DNA of 63,731 nucleotides, filler included, from Deltaproteobacteria bacterium (GTDB lineage Bacteria; JAEEML01), in assembly GCA_016283195.1 (NCBI GenBank). It is 3 parts of 3 records of this genome, joined end to end, with 100 filler letters (N's around TTAATTAATTAA, not from the genome) between each part and the next. Parts side by side here need not be neighbours in the genome. Positions count along the whole stretch, not along the records: positions 31,689 to 58,826 come from JAEEML010000022.1; 2 more parts are not named here. One strand, written 5' to 3'. This document shows, one piece after another, positions 40,572 through 50,350 of this stretch. A program made the position numbers and the translations under genes. Each line of letters starts with the position of its first letter. Positions within the stretch are counted from its first letter, which is position 1. The notes beneath the pieces were generated by a model. That model did no database searches, had not been told where the DNA came from, and was given only the letters and a program-made list of their open reading frames with translations.

Positions 40572-41372
40572 TTACTCGCCGGCAAAATTAAAGCGGTGAA
40601 TTACCCCGCGGGCTGAGTGTTGATAAAATTCTCCGATGCGCCTTAAAAGGGGATTTTCGGCGCTGGCCAGCTCACGGCCGGCGGCCATGGGGTGCTCGGC
40701 TTTACTGATAGCCACATAGGCAGATTCTATTAAATCAGCGTCTTCTTTGGTAAAACCGTTGCGCTCCATGCCAATGCGGTTGAGCTTGCAAATGGCTCTC
40801 GGGTAGCCGTCGATGATGACAAAAGGCGGCACATCAAGGTCGATTTTAGTATCGGCGGCAATGAGTGAATAAGCACCGATTTTGCTGAATTGATGCACGC
40901 CGACAAAGGCCGAGACAAAGGCGCATTCGGCAACTTCCACATAGCCGCCAAGAGCTGAACCGTTAACTAAAAGCACTCTGTCGCCCACTATGCAGTTGTG
41001 GGCCACATGGGCCTGGGCCATCATATAAACGCGGTTGCCCAGTTTGGTCACCGAATCCTCAGTGGTGCCCCGGTGCACGGTGGAGCCCTCGCGGAAGGTG
41101 CAATTATCACCTATTTCGGTGTAGCTCCGCTCGCCTTTATATTTAAAATCTTGAGCAATATCGCCAACTACGGCGTGTGGATGTACTACACATTCTTTGC
41201 CCATGGTGGTGTAAGAACGCACGATGCCATGGGTGTGGATAATGGAATTATCACCTATTTTAACATGCTCTTCTATTACGGCAAAAGGGCCGACAGTTAC
41301 TCCCACGCCGAGCTCTGCTTTGGGGTGGACATAGGCCAATGGATGAATTTCAACTTGCCCATTTTGTGTCAT
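40572..41372 (-). CDS. lpxA: UDP-N-acetylglucosamine O-acyltransferase
   Basis: Hexapeptide repeats, QDFKYKGE, REGSTVHRGT, AHVAHNC, VHQF, LNRIGMER. Confidence 0.93.
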   Translation of the reverse strand: MTQNGQVEIHPLAYVHPKAELGVGVTVGPFAVIEEHVKIGDNSIIHTHGIVRSYTTMGKECVVHPHAVVGDIAQDFKYKGERSYTEIGDNCTFREGSTVHRGTTEDSVTKLGNRVYMMAQAHVAHNCIVGDRVLLVNGSALGGYVEVAECAFVSAFVGVHQFSKIGAYSLIAADTKIDLDVPPFVIIDGYPRAICKLNRIGMERNGFTKEDADLIESAYVAISKAEHPMAAGRELASAENPLLRRIGEFYQHSARGVIHRFNFAGE

Positions 41373-41413
41373 ATTTTATTTTCCTCCGCTCTATAAAGCG
41401 TCTCTTTTTCTAT

Positions 41414-42328
41414 TTAATCAAAATTAAGCACATTCTCAATTATCTTTTTCTGCTTATCAAAAGGCTTTAGCTCATTTAAGCCCAAAAGGGGGATCCACTC
41501 TGCTGGCAAAGCGGCCTGCGGAGCCAGGCCTATAAGCTCACTGCCCGTTACCTCGCTACCCAGTTTTTGAGCCTCTTCTTTTACCGAGAGAAAAGCCTCC
41601 AAGATAGAGGTCTTTGTAAAATCAGTAATATTCATGCTAACTTGCACTTTGTCGAAATCGGCAATATACCAGCCGATGGCCTTTACATATTTAAGCCGGC
41701 CCGGCCGTTTACCATCGCCGGAGCTTCTGATGCGGCGGGCAATTTCTTTAGCTATTTTTACCTCTTTGGTGGCGAGATTCACATTAAAAGCAATGAGCGG
41801 CAGGCGAGCTCCAAGTACCGTAGCCCCATAGCTTGGTAAAAAAGTGGCCGGGCCGTAATCGGGCTGCCACTCCGGGCGGGCCAATTTTTCCTTCAGGTGT
41901 GCATAGCCACCGCGGCGAATATTTTCCAACTGGCGACGCTCTGGTTTTTGGGCTGAATTTTCATAAAGGAAAACCGGCACTTTTAGCTCGCTCCCCAGGC
42001 GCTCTCCTAAAATGTGTGACCATTTTACGGCCTCAGCCATAGTAAGCCCTTTAAGCGGCACCAGCGGGCAGACATCCAGGGCGCCGATAGCCGGGTGTAC
42101 ACCGGCATATTTGCACATATCTATTTGATTTTTGGCGACTTTTGCCATATCAAAAAGAGCCGTTAGCATAGCGTCTGGCGCACCGGCCAGAGTAATAACC
42201 GCCCGCCCAGCGCCGCTACTTACTTCGGCTGAGAGCACTTTTACTTCCTGGCCGGCAGCCTCTACTATAGCGGCCAGCACTTTTTCATTTGCCGTGGAAA
42301 AATTGGGCACAGCCTCAAGAAAAGCCAT
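41414..42328 (-). CDS. ftcD: Glutamate formimidoyltransferase
   Basis: EAVPNFS, GVHPAIGALDVCP, GARLPLIAFNVNL, QVSMN, GSELIGL. Confidence 0.9.
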   Translation of the reverse strand: MAFLEAVPNFSTANEKVLAAIVEAAGQEVKVLSAEVSSGAGRAVITLAGAPDAMLTALFDMAKVAKNQIDMCKYAGVHPAIGALDVCPLVPLKGLTMAEAVKWSHILGERLGSELKVPVFLYENSAQKPERRQLENIRRGGYAHLKEKLARPEWQPDYGPATFLPSYGATVLGARLPLIAFNVNLATKEVKIAKEIARRIRSSGDGKRPGRLKYVKAIGWYIADFDKVQVSMNITDFTKTSILEAFLSVKEEAQKLGSEVTGSELIGLAPQAALPAEWIPLLGLNELKPFDKQKKIIENVLNFD

Positions 42329-43428
42329 TATTTAAGCTCGATTATTTCAAAGAGTGACTGATTTAAAGTACGCGGCCATTTATCGCCTAGGTCGCGGTCG
42401 TCGTCGTGCACAATAATAAGTTTATTGCCGGGCAGGATAGCTACGCCCTCTGATTTGTGTGTAAATTTGAGGTTTTCCAGTCCTTTGTTTTGCAAAACGG
42501 CGCCATCTTTTAAGTCTTTATAAGGAAGCCAAAAGAGCATTCCGCCCAGTTTACTCTCGGTATCGCTCCAGGGGCAGGGTGCTTTTTCGCCCTCAAAACT
42601 GGTGAGCACATAGAGAATATTATGCTCTGCGTCAAAAGCCAGGTCGGAGAGAGCAGGCAGAGCGCTTACCCCGGCCAGCGGCGGCAGGGCCAAATCGGCC
42701 ACTTTGCTTATCTGGCCGCTTACGGTGAAGTGGCCGTCTTTTATGGCATAATCCATAGCCAAAATAGTGCGCGTATATTCAAAATCTTCCCAAGTCGCGC
42801 CTTGCTCGCGCACACCAAAAAGTATTTTATTATCACTGGTTAGCGTCATGCCTTCCACTTTGAAATAGGGCGGGCCTTTGGGCCATTTTTCGCTCTTTAA
42901 AGCCTCGCGCATGGCCCCATTCAGCATAATGGAGCTCTCTTCGCCGTCCACCAGTTTGGGAGCCAAAAGCTCAGCTGCTTCCGGTTTACCGGCCGGCCAG
43001 GCGATGAGCATACTGTGGCGATTATTCCAGGCTTTTTCCGGCTCATAGTAGCTGAAAGCGCTGCTTACCACTATCCAAGCACCGTCGGTAGAGCGGCTTA
43101 AAGCCTCTATTTTGCGAATGCGCGCAAAGAGCGGGTGCGAAAGAGAGCCTTTTAATTCCCCGGCTTCATTCATCACCAAAAGGGAGCTATTAGCTTCCGG
43201 CATATCTTTGTCGCTGCCCATGATAATGGAGCTGCCATCGGCAACAACGGCCGAGACTTCACAGCTGGCCGGCTTTTCTTTTTGGCTGTGACTTATATCA
43301 AAGCAGGTGAGTGCTCCTTGAGTACTGGCCCCGGCTTTGGGTGCATATTTGGGGCCGCAAGCCGAAAAGGTGATAAGAGCGGCGGTTAGTAAGAGTTTGT
43401 TGGTCACTTTCAGGATCTTTTTTTGCAT
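42328..43428 (-). CDS. Lipoprotein with beta-propeller-like repeats (DUF3616/SdiA-regulated-like)
   Basis: Lipobox FSAC; repeated EVSAV / IEAL / VEGM / SDLA / SEGV strands; C-terminal IVHDDD. Confidence 0.65.
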   Translation of the reverse strand: MQKKILKVTNKLLLTAALITFSACGPKYAPKAGASTQGALTCFDISHSQKEKPASCEVSAVVADGSSIIMGSDKDMPEANSSLLVMNEAGELKGSLSHPLFARIRKIEALSRSTDGAWIVVSSAFSYYEPEKAWNNRHSMLIAWPAGKPEAAELLAPKLVDGEESSIMLNGAMREALKSEKWPKGPPYFKVEGMTLTSDNKILFGVREQGATWEDFEYTRTILAMDYAIKDGHFTVSGQISKVADLALPPLAGVSALPALSDLAFDAEHNILYVLTSFEGEKAPCPWSDTESKLGGMLFWLPYKDLKDGAVLQNKGLENLKFTHKSEGVAILPGNKLIIVHDDDRDLGDKWPRTLNQSLFEIIELK

Positions 43429-43508
43429 AAAATTTCTCCTTTTAAGTCCAAGTAATTGAACTTTCTAAAAAGACAATATACTCTAGTATAACGAAAGGGG
43501 ATACCACA

Positions 43509-45866
43509 ATGATGTTTTCTCCCTGTTTCCGAACAAAATATTTTAAATCATTAATAATTATCGGCGCTTTCCTTGCCTGGCCCGGGAGGGCCGGAGCTTT
43601 TGAATACGAATTTGAAGTGCCCATTCAGGACGAAGAAGACATAAACGATGCCTATACCCTGGGCCTTATTGAAGACGAAGAGACAGTTAATAATCTCATA
43701 AATATGCTCCGCGACGGCCTGGATGTTAATCGCGCTCGTTATAACGACTTTTTGCAACTGCCTGGTATAACGGCGCGCATGGCTGATGCCATTTTAAATA
43801 AAAGAAAAGAGCTCGGGCGTTTTAGCTCTATGGCCGATTTACAGCAAATAGAAGAAGTGCCCGGCGAAATTTGGGAAGAGATAATCCCCTTCTTAAAATT
43901 GCCTGATGGCCAAAAAAAATTGGACAAAGTGCCGGTTACCGGCAGTGCCCGCCTTGGCTATATTCAATATAAAGGATCCGGCCGCGAAGAACCTTTAAAT
44001 GAAAAAGACCATTTACCAGGTTTATATTTAAAAGGTGAATCTACTGTTCAAATTAAAGATTACAAAATAAGCATCGGTACTTTAATGACCGTGCGCGAAT
44101 TAAATAAAAATTTCTTTTTTAATAAAGATAACAACTACTTAATGGTGAAAAATCCCAATGCCATGGCCTACTCTTTTGATGGTATGTACGGCATGGTGGA
44201 AGGCCCTTGGTTTAAAACTATTTTAGGTTCATATAACATTGGTTTCGGTGAAAAACTCACCTTTGATTCCACCGGCAAAGCGCGCCCCAACGGCATTGCC
44301 ACTCCGCTGCATTATTATGAAAACAATAACAGCGGTACAGTGCGTCCGGAAAAGTCTCTTTTAGGTATTGCGGCTACTTTTGACAATTTGCGTTTGCCTA
44401 AGGGCTGGATGACCGCCTCGGTATTTCTCTCATACAAAAAAGAAGATATTTATCAATACGATTTTTGGTATGGCGCAGATGATGAAGGCGAACTTATTGC
44501 TTGCAATACTAATTCAGATTGCAATAGCGGCGATCCGCTCAAAACTTATACTTGCGGTAGTGATGGTTTTTGCCATAGCAGCCGTATTTATAGCCGTTAT
44601 GAAACCAAAGAGGGCACGCTTACCTTTTCGCATCAATATGCCACCATGTACCGCTTTTATCAGGAGCGCCTCTTTGGTGGCCAGGTGGCTTATAACCTAA
44701 ATGATCGCACCCATTTCGGTGTTCTTGGCTATGCTTCCCAATGGCTCTTTAGTGATGAAATTCCCGGGGCTATGTTTTCGCTTACTTCCTCTTATCCGGG
44801 GCGCGCTTCTATTTATGCTTTTGGCGCTTATGGAGCTATCGGCATAGGGGTGGTGGATATGGGCTTTGAAGCCTCAATTCAAGATAATAAAGGTGTAGGT
44901 GCCGTTTATCGCTTGGAGGCCTCACCGCTAAAAGAGCTTGATATTACATGGAAAATGCGCTTTTACAATGCCCTTTACGATAATCCATATTGTAGAGGCC
45001 AGGCGGCTGCCGATGAGATTTTAGGTAAAAGAAATAGAAACGAATTCGGTAATCGCTATGTGGTTACTTATCGGCCGATAAAATATCTGCGCCTTACTAC
45101 CGATTTTGATATTTGGAGCCACCCTTTTACCGAGGTAAAGCTGGATAACGGCAAAATTTATCAAATGGCTAATGAGCCCTGGATTACCGATATAGCTCTT
45201 ACCCAGCGCTTTGTTATTCATCCGGCACCGCGCAATACCATCACTTTATGGGCTTCTTATAAAAACAAAGATATTAGTGTTAATGGTTATTCTTATCTCA
45301 ATGATAATGGTGAGGAAAAGGGCAATGCCTATGCCGCAAGAGCCAATTTATCCGGTTTATATGTGGAAGGGCGCGGTGAGCAGGTGCAGGCGGCCATTCA
45401 AGGGCAGACTAATGCTTATAAACCGCTCAATATCACTCTTGCGCTTATAAATAACTTTGAAGGCGTTACTAAATATACCGATAGATTTGATTATACTTTA
45501 AAACTCTGGCTGCTTCTTAGCTATAAGCCTTGGAAATATACTAATATTTCTACTAAGTTAAAGTATTGGTATCACAACAATCCGGAATACGATATTGGCA
45601 CTTATTATTCTGACCGAGGCGAGCCAACCGTTGATTGGTATATTTTTGTTACCCAGCAATTTCCCATGGGCTTTTCGCTTAAAGTCCATTATGGGCTCAC
45701 CAAGTATATTGATAACCGCAAAGATAATGACACAGGTCGCTTTCTGCGCTACGATATGTACCACGTTATTAAAGCTTATATCGAATGGAATTACGAATCC
45801 ATGCTAGCCAACAAAACATTTGCTTCCATGAAAGAGAGCGGGAGCAAAAAATCTAAGAAAAAATAA
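43509..45866 (+). CDS. Probable outer-membrane beta-barrel protein with N-terminal ComEA-like helix-hairpin-helix domain
   Basis: Signal peptide; LDVNRA...LQLPGI..MADAIL..R...GRFSSMADL (ComEA-type HhH); long Tyr/Phe-rich amphipathic strands. Confidence 0.75.
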   Translation: MMFSPCFRTKYFKSLIIIGAFLAWPGRAGAFEYEFEVPIQDEEDINDAYTLGLIEDEETVNNLINMLRDGLDVNRARYNDFLQLPGITARMADAILNKRKELGRFSSMADLQQIEEVPGEIWEEIIPFLKLPDGQKKLDKVPVTGSARLGYIQYKGSGREEPLNEKDHLPGLYLKGESTVQIKDYKISIGTLMTVRELNKNFFFNKDNNYLMVKNPNAMAYSFDGMYGMVEGPWFKTILGSYNIGFGEKLTFDSTGKARPNGIATPLHYYENNNSGTVRPEKSLLGIAATFDNLRLPKGWMTASVFLSYKKEDIYQYDFWYGADDEGELIACNTNSDCNSGDPLKTYTCGSDGFCHSSRIYSRYETKEGTLTFSHQYATMYRFYQERLFGGQVAYNLNDRTHFGVLGYASQWLFSDEIPGAMFSLTSSYPGRASIYAFGAYGAIGIGVVDMGFEASIQDNKGVGAVYRLEASPLKELDITWKMRFYNALYDNPYCRGQAAADEILGKRNRNEFGNRYVVTYRPIKYLRLTTDFDIWSHPFTEVKLDNGKIYQMANEPWITDIALTQRFVIHPAPRNTITLWASYKNKDISVNGYSYLNDNGEEKGNAYAARANLSGLYVEGRGEQVQAAIQGQTNAYKPLNITLALINNFEGVTKYTDRFDYTLKLWLLLSYKPWKYTNISTKLKYWYHNNPEYDIGTYYSDRGEPTVDWYIFVTQQFPMGFSLKVHYGLTKYIDNRKDNDTGRFLRYDMYHVIKAYIEWNYESMLANKTFASMKESGSKKSKKK

Positions 45867-45881
45867 TTTAAGTGAAGATAA

Positions 45882-47312
45882 TTAAGGCATTTTTTCGCCG
45901 AACCAGGTTTGCCAAAGCGCGGCCGGAGTTTCGTTATACTGATCGGCATTGCGGGCTGATTTCAGCCAGCGCTTAGCTTCTTTGGCATTACCCATATCAT
46001 GATAACATTTGGCAATATTTATCACGACATCGGCCAGCATTGAGCGATAAGAGCCGTCGATATGTTTTGGAGTCTCTTTGATGACTTTTTTGAAGAAGTC
46101 GATAGCTTCTTCATATTTTTTCTGACTGTAGAGTTCCAGCGCTCTGAAATAGTGACGGCGCGCTTCTACCCAAGGTTGGCATTTGGGACAGGTGCCGGGA
46201 TTATTTTTCAAAAGATTATAGCCAGTTATGTAATCTGTTTCGGCTTTTGTTGTCATTAGGCAGGTGTCGGGGTGGTCGTAAAAATCGGGCAACTTAAAAA
46301 TGGCGTGACCCAGTTCATGGGCCAGAATAAACATGCCAGTGATTTTCTGTTTTTCCTCGTGACTGATATTGCCGGCCGGGTCTTCGTCGAAAAAGGGCAA
46401 TTTATTTTCAATGCCGAAAGTAGAAGCAAAAAGAGCTCTTTGCGGCATAATTTTGCGGGAAGGGCTTTTGAGGGAAGCGCCGCCGACTTTACATTTTTGG
46501 AAGATGGAGTGGGGGTAAGGCTCGGTTATAAGATCGTAAAGGACAAATTCATTCGTTAAAACAATATCGTAAGCGGTTTGCCCCTGCATAGCGCAAATCC
46601 AGTTGACATAAGAGCGGTAGGGCGCTTTTTGCGGGCTCAAAAGGCTATTGCCGTTTGGCAGATTTATGCTCTTTATTTTATTAACTTTTTCTTTATAGAC
46701 TGTGATGATGTCATCTATGAGATCTTCATGCTTTTTATAAGCGGCGGCTTTTTCTTTAGAGAAAAATTCCTTTAGTTCGTCTAATTCCCAGCGCTTTAAA
46801 AAAGTGAGAATATCATTTCTAAAAGGAGTAAAATCCGGCTCCTTATCGAGACTATAGCGTTTGTCTTCCAGATTTTTGCGGCAAGATTCGGCATTTTTCA
46901 GACTGCTATCAATAAATTCTTCCACAGTCATAGTTTTTTTTATCTCGAAGGAGATATTGTTATAGGCCAGTTTTTCGGCCATGGTTTTTTGCGCTGTGGA
47001 GAGAATGAGGTTGATATCGCTCGGCGTCATGGGGGAGAGTTCTCCATCAACGACAATAGCCACACTGAGTTTAACCGCAGGCATTTCGACTTCGAGCGCT
47101 TCGATTGGTGCTTTCCTGGCCACCTCGGCCGTTTGGCTTGGCGGCGGCGGAGTGGGTTCCGGTGTTTTTTCTTCGGCTACCGGCGGTGTATTCGGCTTAG
47201 CTTCCGCGCTTTGGGCGGCCGGTGCCGGGGCACTGTTACCGGCCGAGAGGGGCTGACACATAGTGGTTAAAAGCATTATAAGCGGTACAAGATATTTTTT
47301 CATCCTGAGCAT
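45882..47312 (-). CDS. Exported zinc metalloprotease (archaemetzincin-like motif) with C-terminal TPR
   Basis: Signal peptide, Pro-rich linker, HELGH...HPDTCLM...CPKC, TPR-like YEEAIDFFKK...AKCY. Confidence 0.72.
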   Translation of the reverse strand: MLRMKKYLVPLIMLLTTMCQPLSAGNSAPAPAAQSAEAKPNTPPVAEEKTPEPTPPPPSQTAEVARKAPIEALEVEMPAVKLSVAIVVDGELSPMTPSDINLILSTAQKTMAEKLAYNNISFEIKKTMTVEEFIDSSLKNAESCRKNLEDKRYSLDKEPDFTPFRNDILTFLKRWELDELKEFFSKEKAAAYKKHEDLIDDIITVYKEKVNKIKSINLPNGNSLLSPQKAPYRSYVNWICAMQGQTAYDIVLTNEFVLYDLITEPYPHSIFQKCKVGGASLKSPSRKIMPQRALFASTFGIENKLPFFDEDPAGNISHEEKQKITGMFILAHELGHAIFKLPDFYDHPDTCLMTTKAETDYITGYNLLKNNPGTCPKCQPWVEARRHYFRALELYSQKKYEEAIDFFKKVIKETPKHIDGSYRSMLADVVINIAKCYHDMGNAKEAKRWLKSARNADQYNETPAALWQTWFGEKMP

Positions 47313-47368
47313 CCTCAAAAAAAAGGCGGAGATATTCTAAACTAATTTGCCGCTAACTTGCCAGAAAT

Positions 47369-47461
47369 AAGTGTATCAAGTGTGTCACCTGACACACTTT
47401 TGACACACTTTTGGCACACCTGACACACTTTTGGCACACCTGACACACTTTGAGACACTTT
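47369..47461. repeat. Array of TG(A/G)CACAC(TTT) units, copy 1 (7 direct plus 2 inverted)
   Basis: Direct units start at 47390, 47401, 47412, 47421, 47432, 47441, 47451; palindrome TGTGTCA-CC-TGACACA at 47381-47396. Confidence 0.95.
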
Positions 47462-47528
47462 TGAAAAATAATGTCAAAAAAACATAAATGCTTAATGTTT
47501 TCAATGTGATATCTTTGGAAATCAAAGT

Positions 47529-47544
47529 TGGCACGCTTTTTGCA
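47529..47544 (+). promoter_or_regulatory. Sigma-54 (-24/-12) promoter
   Basis: TGGCAC-GCTTT-TTGCA, perfect consensus, 53 bp upstream of ATG at 47597. Confidence 0.88.
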
Positions 47545-47596
47545 AACTGGAAATAGCGAACAGCAAACCGCCAGGAAGGCGGAAAGGAGCAAAACC

Positions 47597-47815
47597 ATGA
47601 AACAGGAACTTAGTCAGAAAAACACCGGTCGTCCAGTAAACCACAACATCAAAGGAGTATGGAGCGTAGTGGAAAACGAGCACCTGGAAAAGCCTATATG
47701 GATGCGCATGGGGACAGCCTTTGTCAACCGCGACAACTCCATAAATGTGCTACTCGACGCCACACCCAAGAGTTTTAAATTGCACATTAGGGATTTGGAG
47801 CCGAAATTGCACTGA
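47597..47815 (+). CDS. Small beta-rich protein (72 aa), possibly single-stranded nucleic-acid binding
   Basis: AAGGAG RBS; W.RMG.AF.N.D.S.N..LD..P....LHIRD motif resembles small PC4/DUF736-like proteins (function inferred). Confidence 0.7.
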   Translation: MKQELSQKNTGRPVNHNIKGVWSVVENEHLEKPIWMRMGTAFVNRDNSINVLLDATPKSFKLHIRDLEPKLH

Positions 47816-47869
47816 TTACAGCTACTTGATGGCAAGCCGCGAGAGTCTAAAACAGAAGAGGAGCGAAAA

Positions 47870-48178
47870 ATGATACGCATTATTAAAATTGTAACCATAG
47901 CCGCTGTAACCGCCTATTTTGGCATGATGTCGGCAGCAGAAGCGGCTATCGAAGCCAAGGTGGTGCGGGTGGTCAATATTAATACAGCCGGGATGAGTGA
48001 GCTGGTGCAACTTCCGGGAATCGGCCTCTATAAGGCAAATGAAATAATTGAATATCGGAAGATTCATCCCTTTAATGATACCAGTGAGCTCTTGCGGGTT
48101 AAGGGTATCAGTCCGCGACTTTTCCGCCTGCTTGCCCATCAGGTGACTGTTGATGAGCCGAGTCACTTAAAAATCTGA
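47870..48178 (+). CDS. comEA: ComEA-family DNA-binding/uptake protein
   Basis: Signal peptide; VNINTA..ELVQLPGIG..KA..IIEYR...F....LLRVKGI. Confidence 0.92.
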   Translation: MIRIIKIVTIAAVTAYFGMMSAAEAAIEAKVVRVVNINTAGMSELVQLPGIGLYKANEIIEYRKIHPFNDTSELLRVKGISPRLFRLLAHQVTVDEPSHLKI

Positions 48179-48298
48179 AAAGAGTTTCCTACTCTTCAGG
48201 CCTGCGTTTCTTCCTGCTTGATCTAAAAAAATATCCGTGCTAAAAGAGCGCCCCTGTGGAAAATGTCCACAAGTTAGCCAAAAAATGGAGGTAAAATA

Positions 48299-49228
48299 AT
48301 GAAAAAAATCCCCGCAATAATGGTTATGCTGGGCACACTTTTAGCCATGAACAGCTGTGTGAAAAAGTCTGTTTATGAAGATACCCTGCGTCAGCTGGCC
48401 GAAAATCAAGAAGCTTTAAAAAAGACTAACAGCGAATTGGATGAAACCAACAAAAAGCTTACGGCCAAGGAGAATGATTACAATAAATTAAGTGCCGAAA
48501 AGCAAGATAGCGACGATCGCCTGAATCTGGCTATGGAGCGCAACGCCACTCTCTCCAGCCAGCTGGCCACTATGGGCCAAAATGTGGAAGAGCTCACCGA
48601 CGAGCGTTCCCGCATGGCTAATGAAAAGAACAAAATGGAAGAAGAGCTGGAATCACTGCGCCGTTTGCGTATGGCAGCCGAAAAGCGTTCGGCTCAGTAT
48701 TCACAGCTCTTAAATAAACTGCGCAGCATGATCGATGCCGGTACTTTAAAGGTTACTATCAGAAAAGGCCAGATGATGGTGCAGCTCTCCAATGATATTC
48801 TCTTCCCGCCGGGTGGCACCAAATTAAAAGCAGAAGGTGAAGCGGCTATTGTGCAATTAGCTGAAACAATCCGTGAATTTACCGATCGCCGTTTCTTGGT
48901 CGTCGGCCATAGTGACAATACTCCTATTAAAACTGCCCGTTATCCCAGTAACTGGGAGCTCTCTTCGCAGCGGGCTATTGAAGTTGTGCGCATTTTGGTT
49001 GATAACGGCGTGGCTCCGGGGATGCTCATGGCCAGTGGCCAGGCTGAGTTTGATCCTCTTTCACCGAATGATTCCGATGAAGCCAAGAGCAATAATCGCC
49101 GCGTGGAAGTAATCTTTATGCCGGCTATCGAAGAGCTCCCGGCATATAGTGAAGGCGATGAAAATGCGGCTCAGGCCCAGCAACCGGCTCCTGCCCAGCA
49201 ACCGGAAGCCCAACCGGCCGCCAATTGA
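48299..49228 (+). CDS. OmpA/MotB-family peptidoglycan-binding lipoprotein with coiled coil
   Basis: MNSCV lipobox, long coiled coil, ILFPPG, GHSDNTP, NWELSSQRA, NRRVEV. Confidence 0.88.
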   Translation: MKKIPAIMVMLGTLLAMNSCVKKSVYEDTLRQLAENQEALKKTNSELDETNKKLTAKENDYNKLSAEKQDSDDRLNLAMERNATLSSQLATMGQNVEELTDERSRMANEKNKMEEELESLRRLRMAAEKRSAQYSQLLNKLRSMIDAGTLKVTIRKGQMMVQLSNDILFPPGGTKLKAEGEAAIVQLAETIREFTDRRFLVVGHSDNTPIKTARYPSNWELSSQRAIEVVRILVDNGVAPGMLMASGQAEFDPLSPNDSDEAKSNNRRVEVIFMPAIEELPAYSEGDENAAQAQQPAPAQQPEAQPAAN

Positions 49229-49247
49229 TGAGTAATTAACTCTCGCT

Positions 49248-50315
49248 ATGCGCATAACCTCCCTAACGGCGAGTAATTTTCGCAATATTGAAAATTTAAA
49301 GCTCTCTTTTTTGCCGGAAAAACAAGGGGTTATATTGGTAGGCCCCAATGGTGTTGGCAAGACTAATATACTTGAGGCCATAGTTACTCTTTTGCGCGGC
49401 AAATCGCATCGCAGTTTAAAAAATAATGAACTTATTCGCCATGGCGCCACCGAGGCTTTTCTTGGGCTTACTCTCGATGATGACAGCGGAGCTGCCCACC
49501 ATATCGGCTTTAGTCTCGCGGGCAAAGAGCGCCTGACCAAAATAGACGGCGAAGCGCTAAACGGGCGAGTGGAGATGGTGCGCACTTTTCCGCTGGTGAG
49601 CTTTTTCCCGGATGAGCTGGAGAGTATGCGCGGTGAACCGGCTTTGCGCCGCACACTTATAGACCGCACTTTTGGTATTTTTAGTGATTATGTTAAAGCC
49701 TGGCTCGCCTATAATCGCCTTTTGAAAAATCGCAATGCGCTGCTTAAAAATAAGGGCGACCTGCAACTCATAATAGTATATAGCCAAAAACTGGCCGAAG
49801 CCGGGGAATATCTGCACCGGCTGAGAAGTGAGTATCTGGCTAAATTAAATGAATTTTTTGTGGTAACCGGGGCAGAATTAAATGCTCCCGGAAAAATTGA
49901 ACTTGAGCTAAAACCAGGTTTTAGAGTAGGGCAAATGGCCGCCGATTTGGAAGAGCAAAAGGAGCGGGAGAGCCTCCTGGGACGCACCACTTTGGGGCCT
50001 CACCTGGCCGATTTGGAAATATTGCTGGAGGGTAGGCCCAGTCGTTATACGGCTTCTCAGGGGCAGCAGCGCCTGTTCTTTGTGGCTTTAAAACTGGCGA
50101 TACTTAAATTTTATCGGGAAATATTGCAAGAAACTCCAATACTTATTCTCGATGATATCAGCTCTGAATTGGGCGCGGGCTATATAAAAGCCATATATGA
50201 GGCGGTGCCTAAAGACTCACAGCTCTTTATAAGTACAATTTCGGTAAACCTTTTGCCTTTTGCGCCGGAAAATTTGCAAATGATAGCAGTTGATGAGCTC
50301 CCAGGTATTGGATAG
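49248..50315 (+). CDS. recF: DNA replication and repair protein RecF
   Basis: NFRN, GPNGVGKTNILEAI, GPH..DL, ASQGQQR, ILILDDISSEL. Confidence 0.92.
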   Translation: MRITSLTASNFRNIENLKLSFLPEKQGVILVGPNGVGKTNILEAIVTLLRGKSHRSLKNNELIRHGATEAFLGLTLDDDSGAAHHIGFSLAGKERLTKIDGEALNGRVEMVRTFPLVSFFPDELESMRGEPALRRTLIDRTFGIFSDYVKAWLAYNRLLKNRNALLKNKGDLQLIIVYSQKLAEAGEYLHRLRSEYLAKLNEFFVVTGAELNAPGKIELELKPGFRVGQMAADLEEQKERESLLGRTTLGPHLADLEILLEGRPSRYTASQGQQRLFFVALKLAILKFYREILQETPILILDDISSELGAGYIKAIYEAVPKDSQLFISTISVNLLPFAPENLQMIAVDELPGIG

Positions 50316-50350
50316 GGCTTGACAATTTAGACTTTTTAGCCAAAAATTAT

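Noticed and set aside
47369-47461. TGACACAC arrays as CRISPR, plasmid iterons or DnaA-box origin
   Set aside because: Units are 9-11 bp with no unique spacers, no cas or rep gene is nearby, and they do not match TTATCCACA; fixed position upstream of sigma-54 sites explains them better
47353-47598. ORFs with KVCQ/KCAK repeats (also 63391-63680)
   Set aside because: Translations of the DNA arrays; unit lengths of 9-11 bp do not keep frame
48299-49228. Flagellar stator MotB
   Set aside because: Has a lipobox and coiled coil rather than the MotB TM helix with conserved Asp; no motA adjacent
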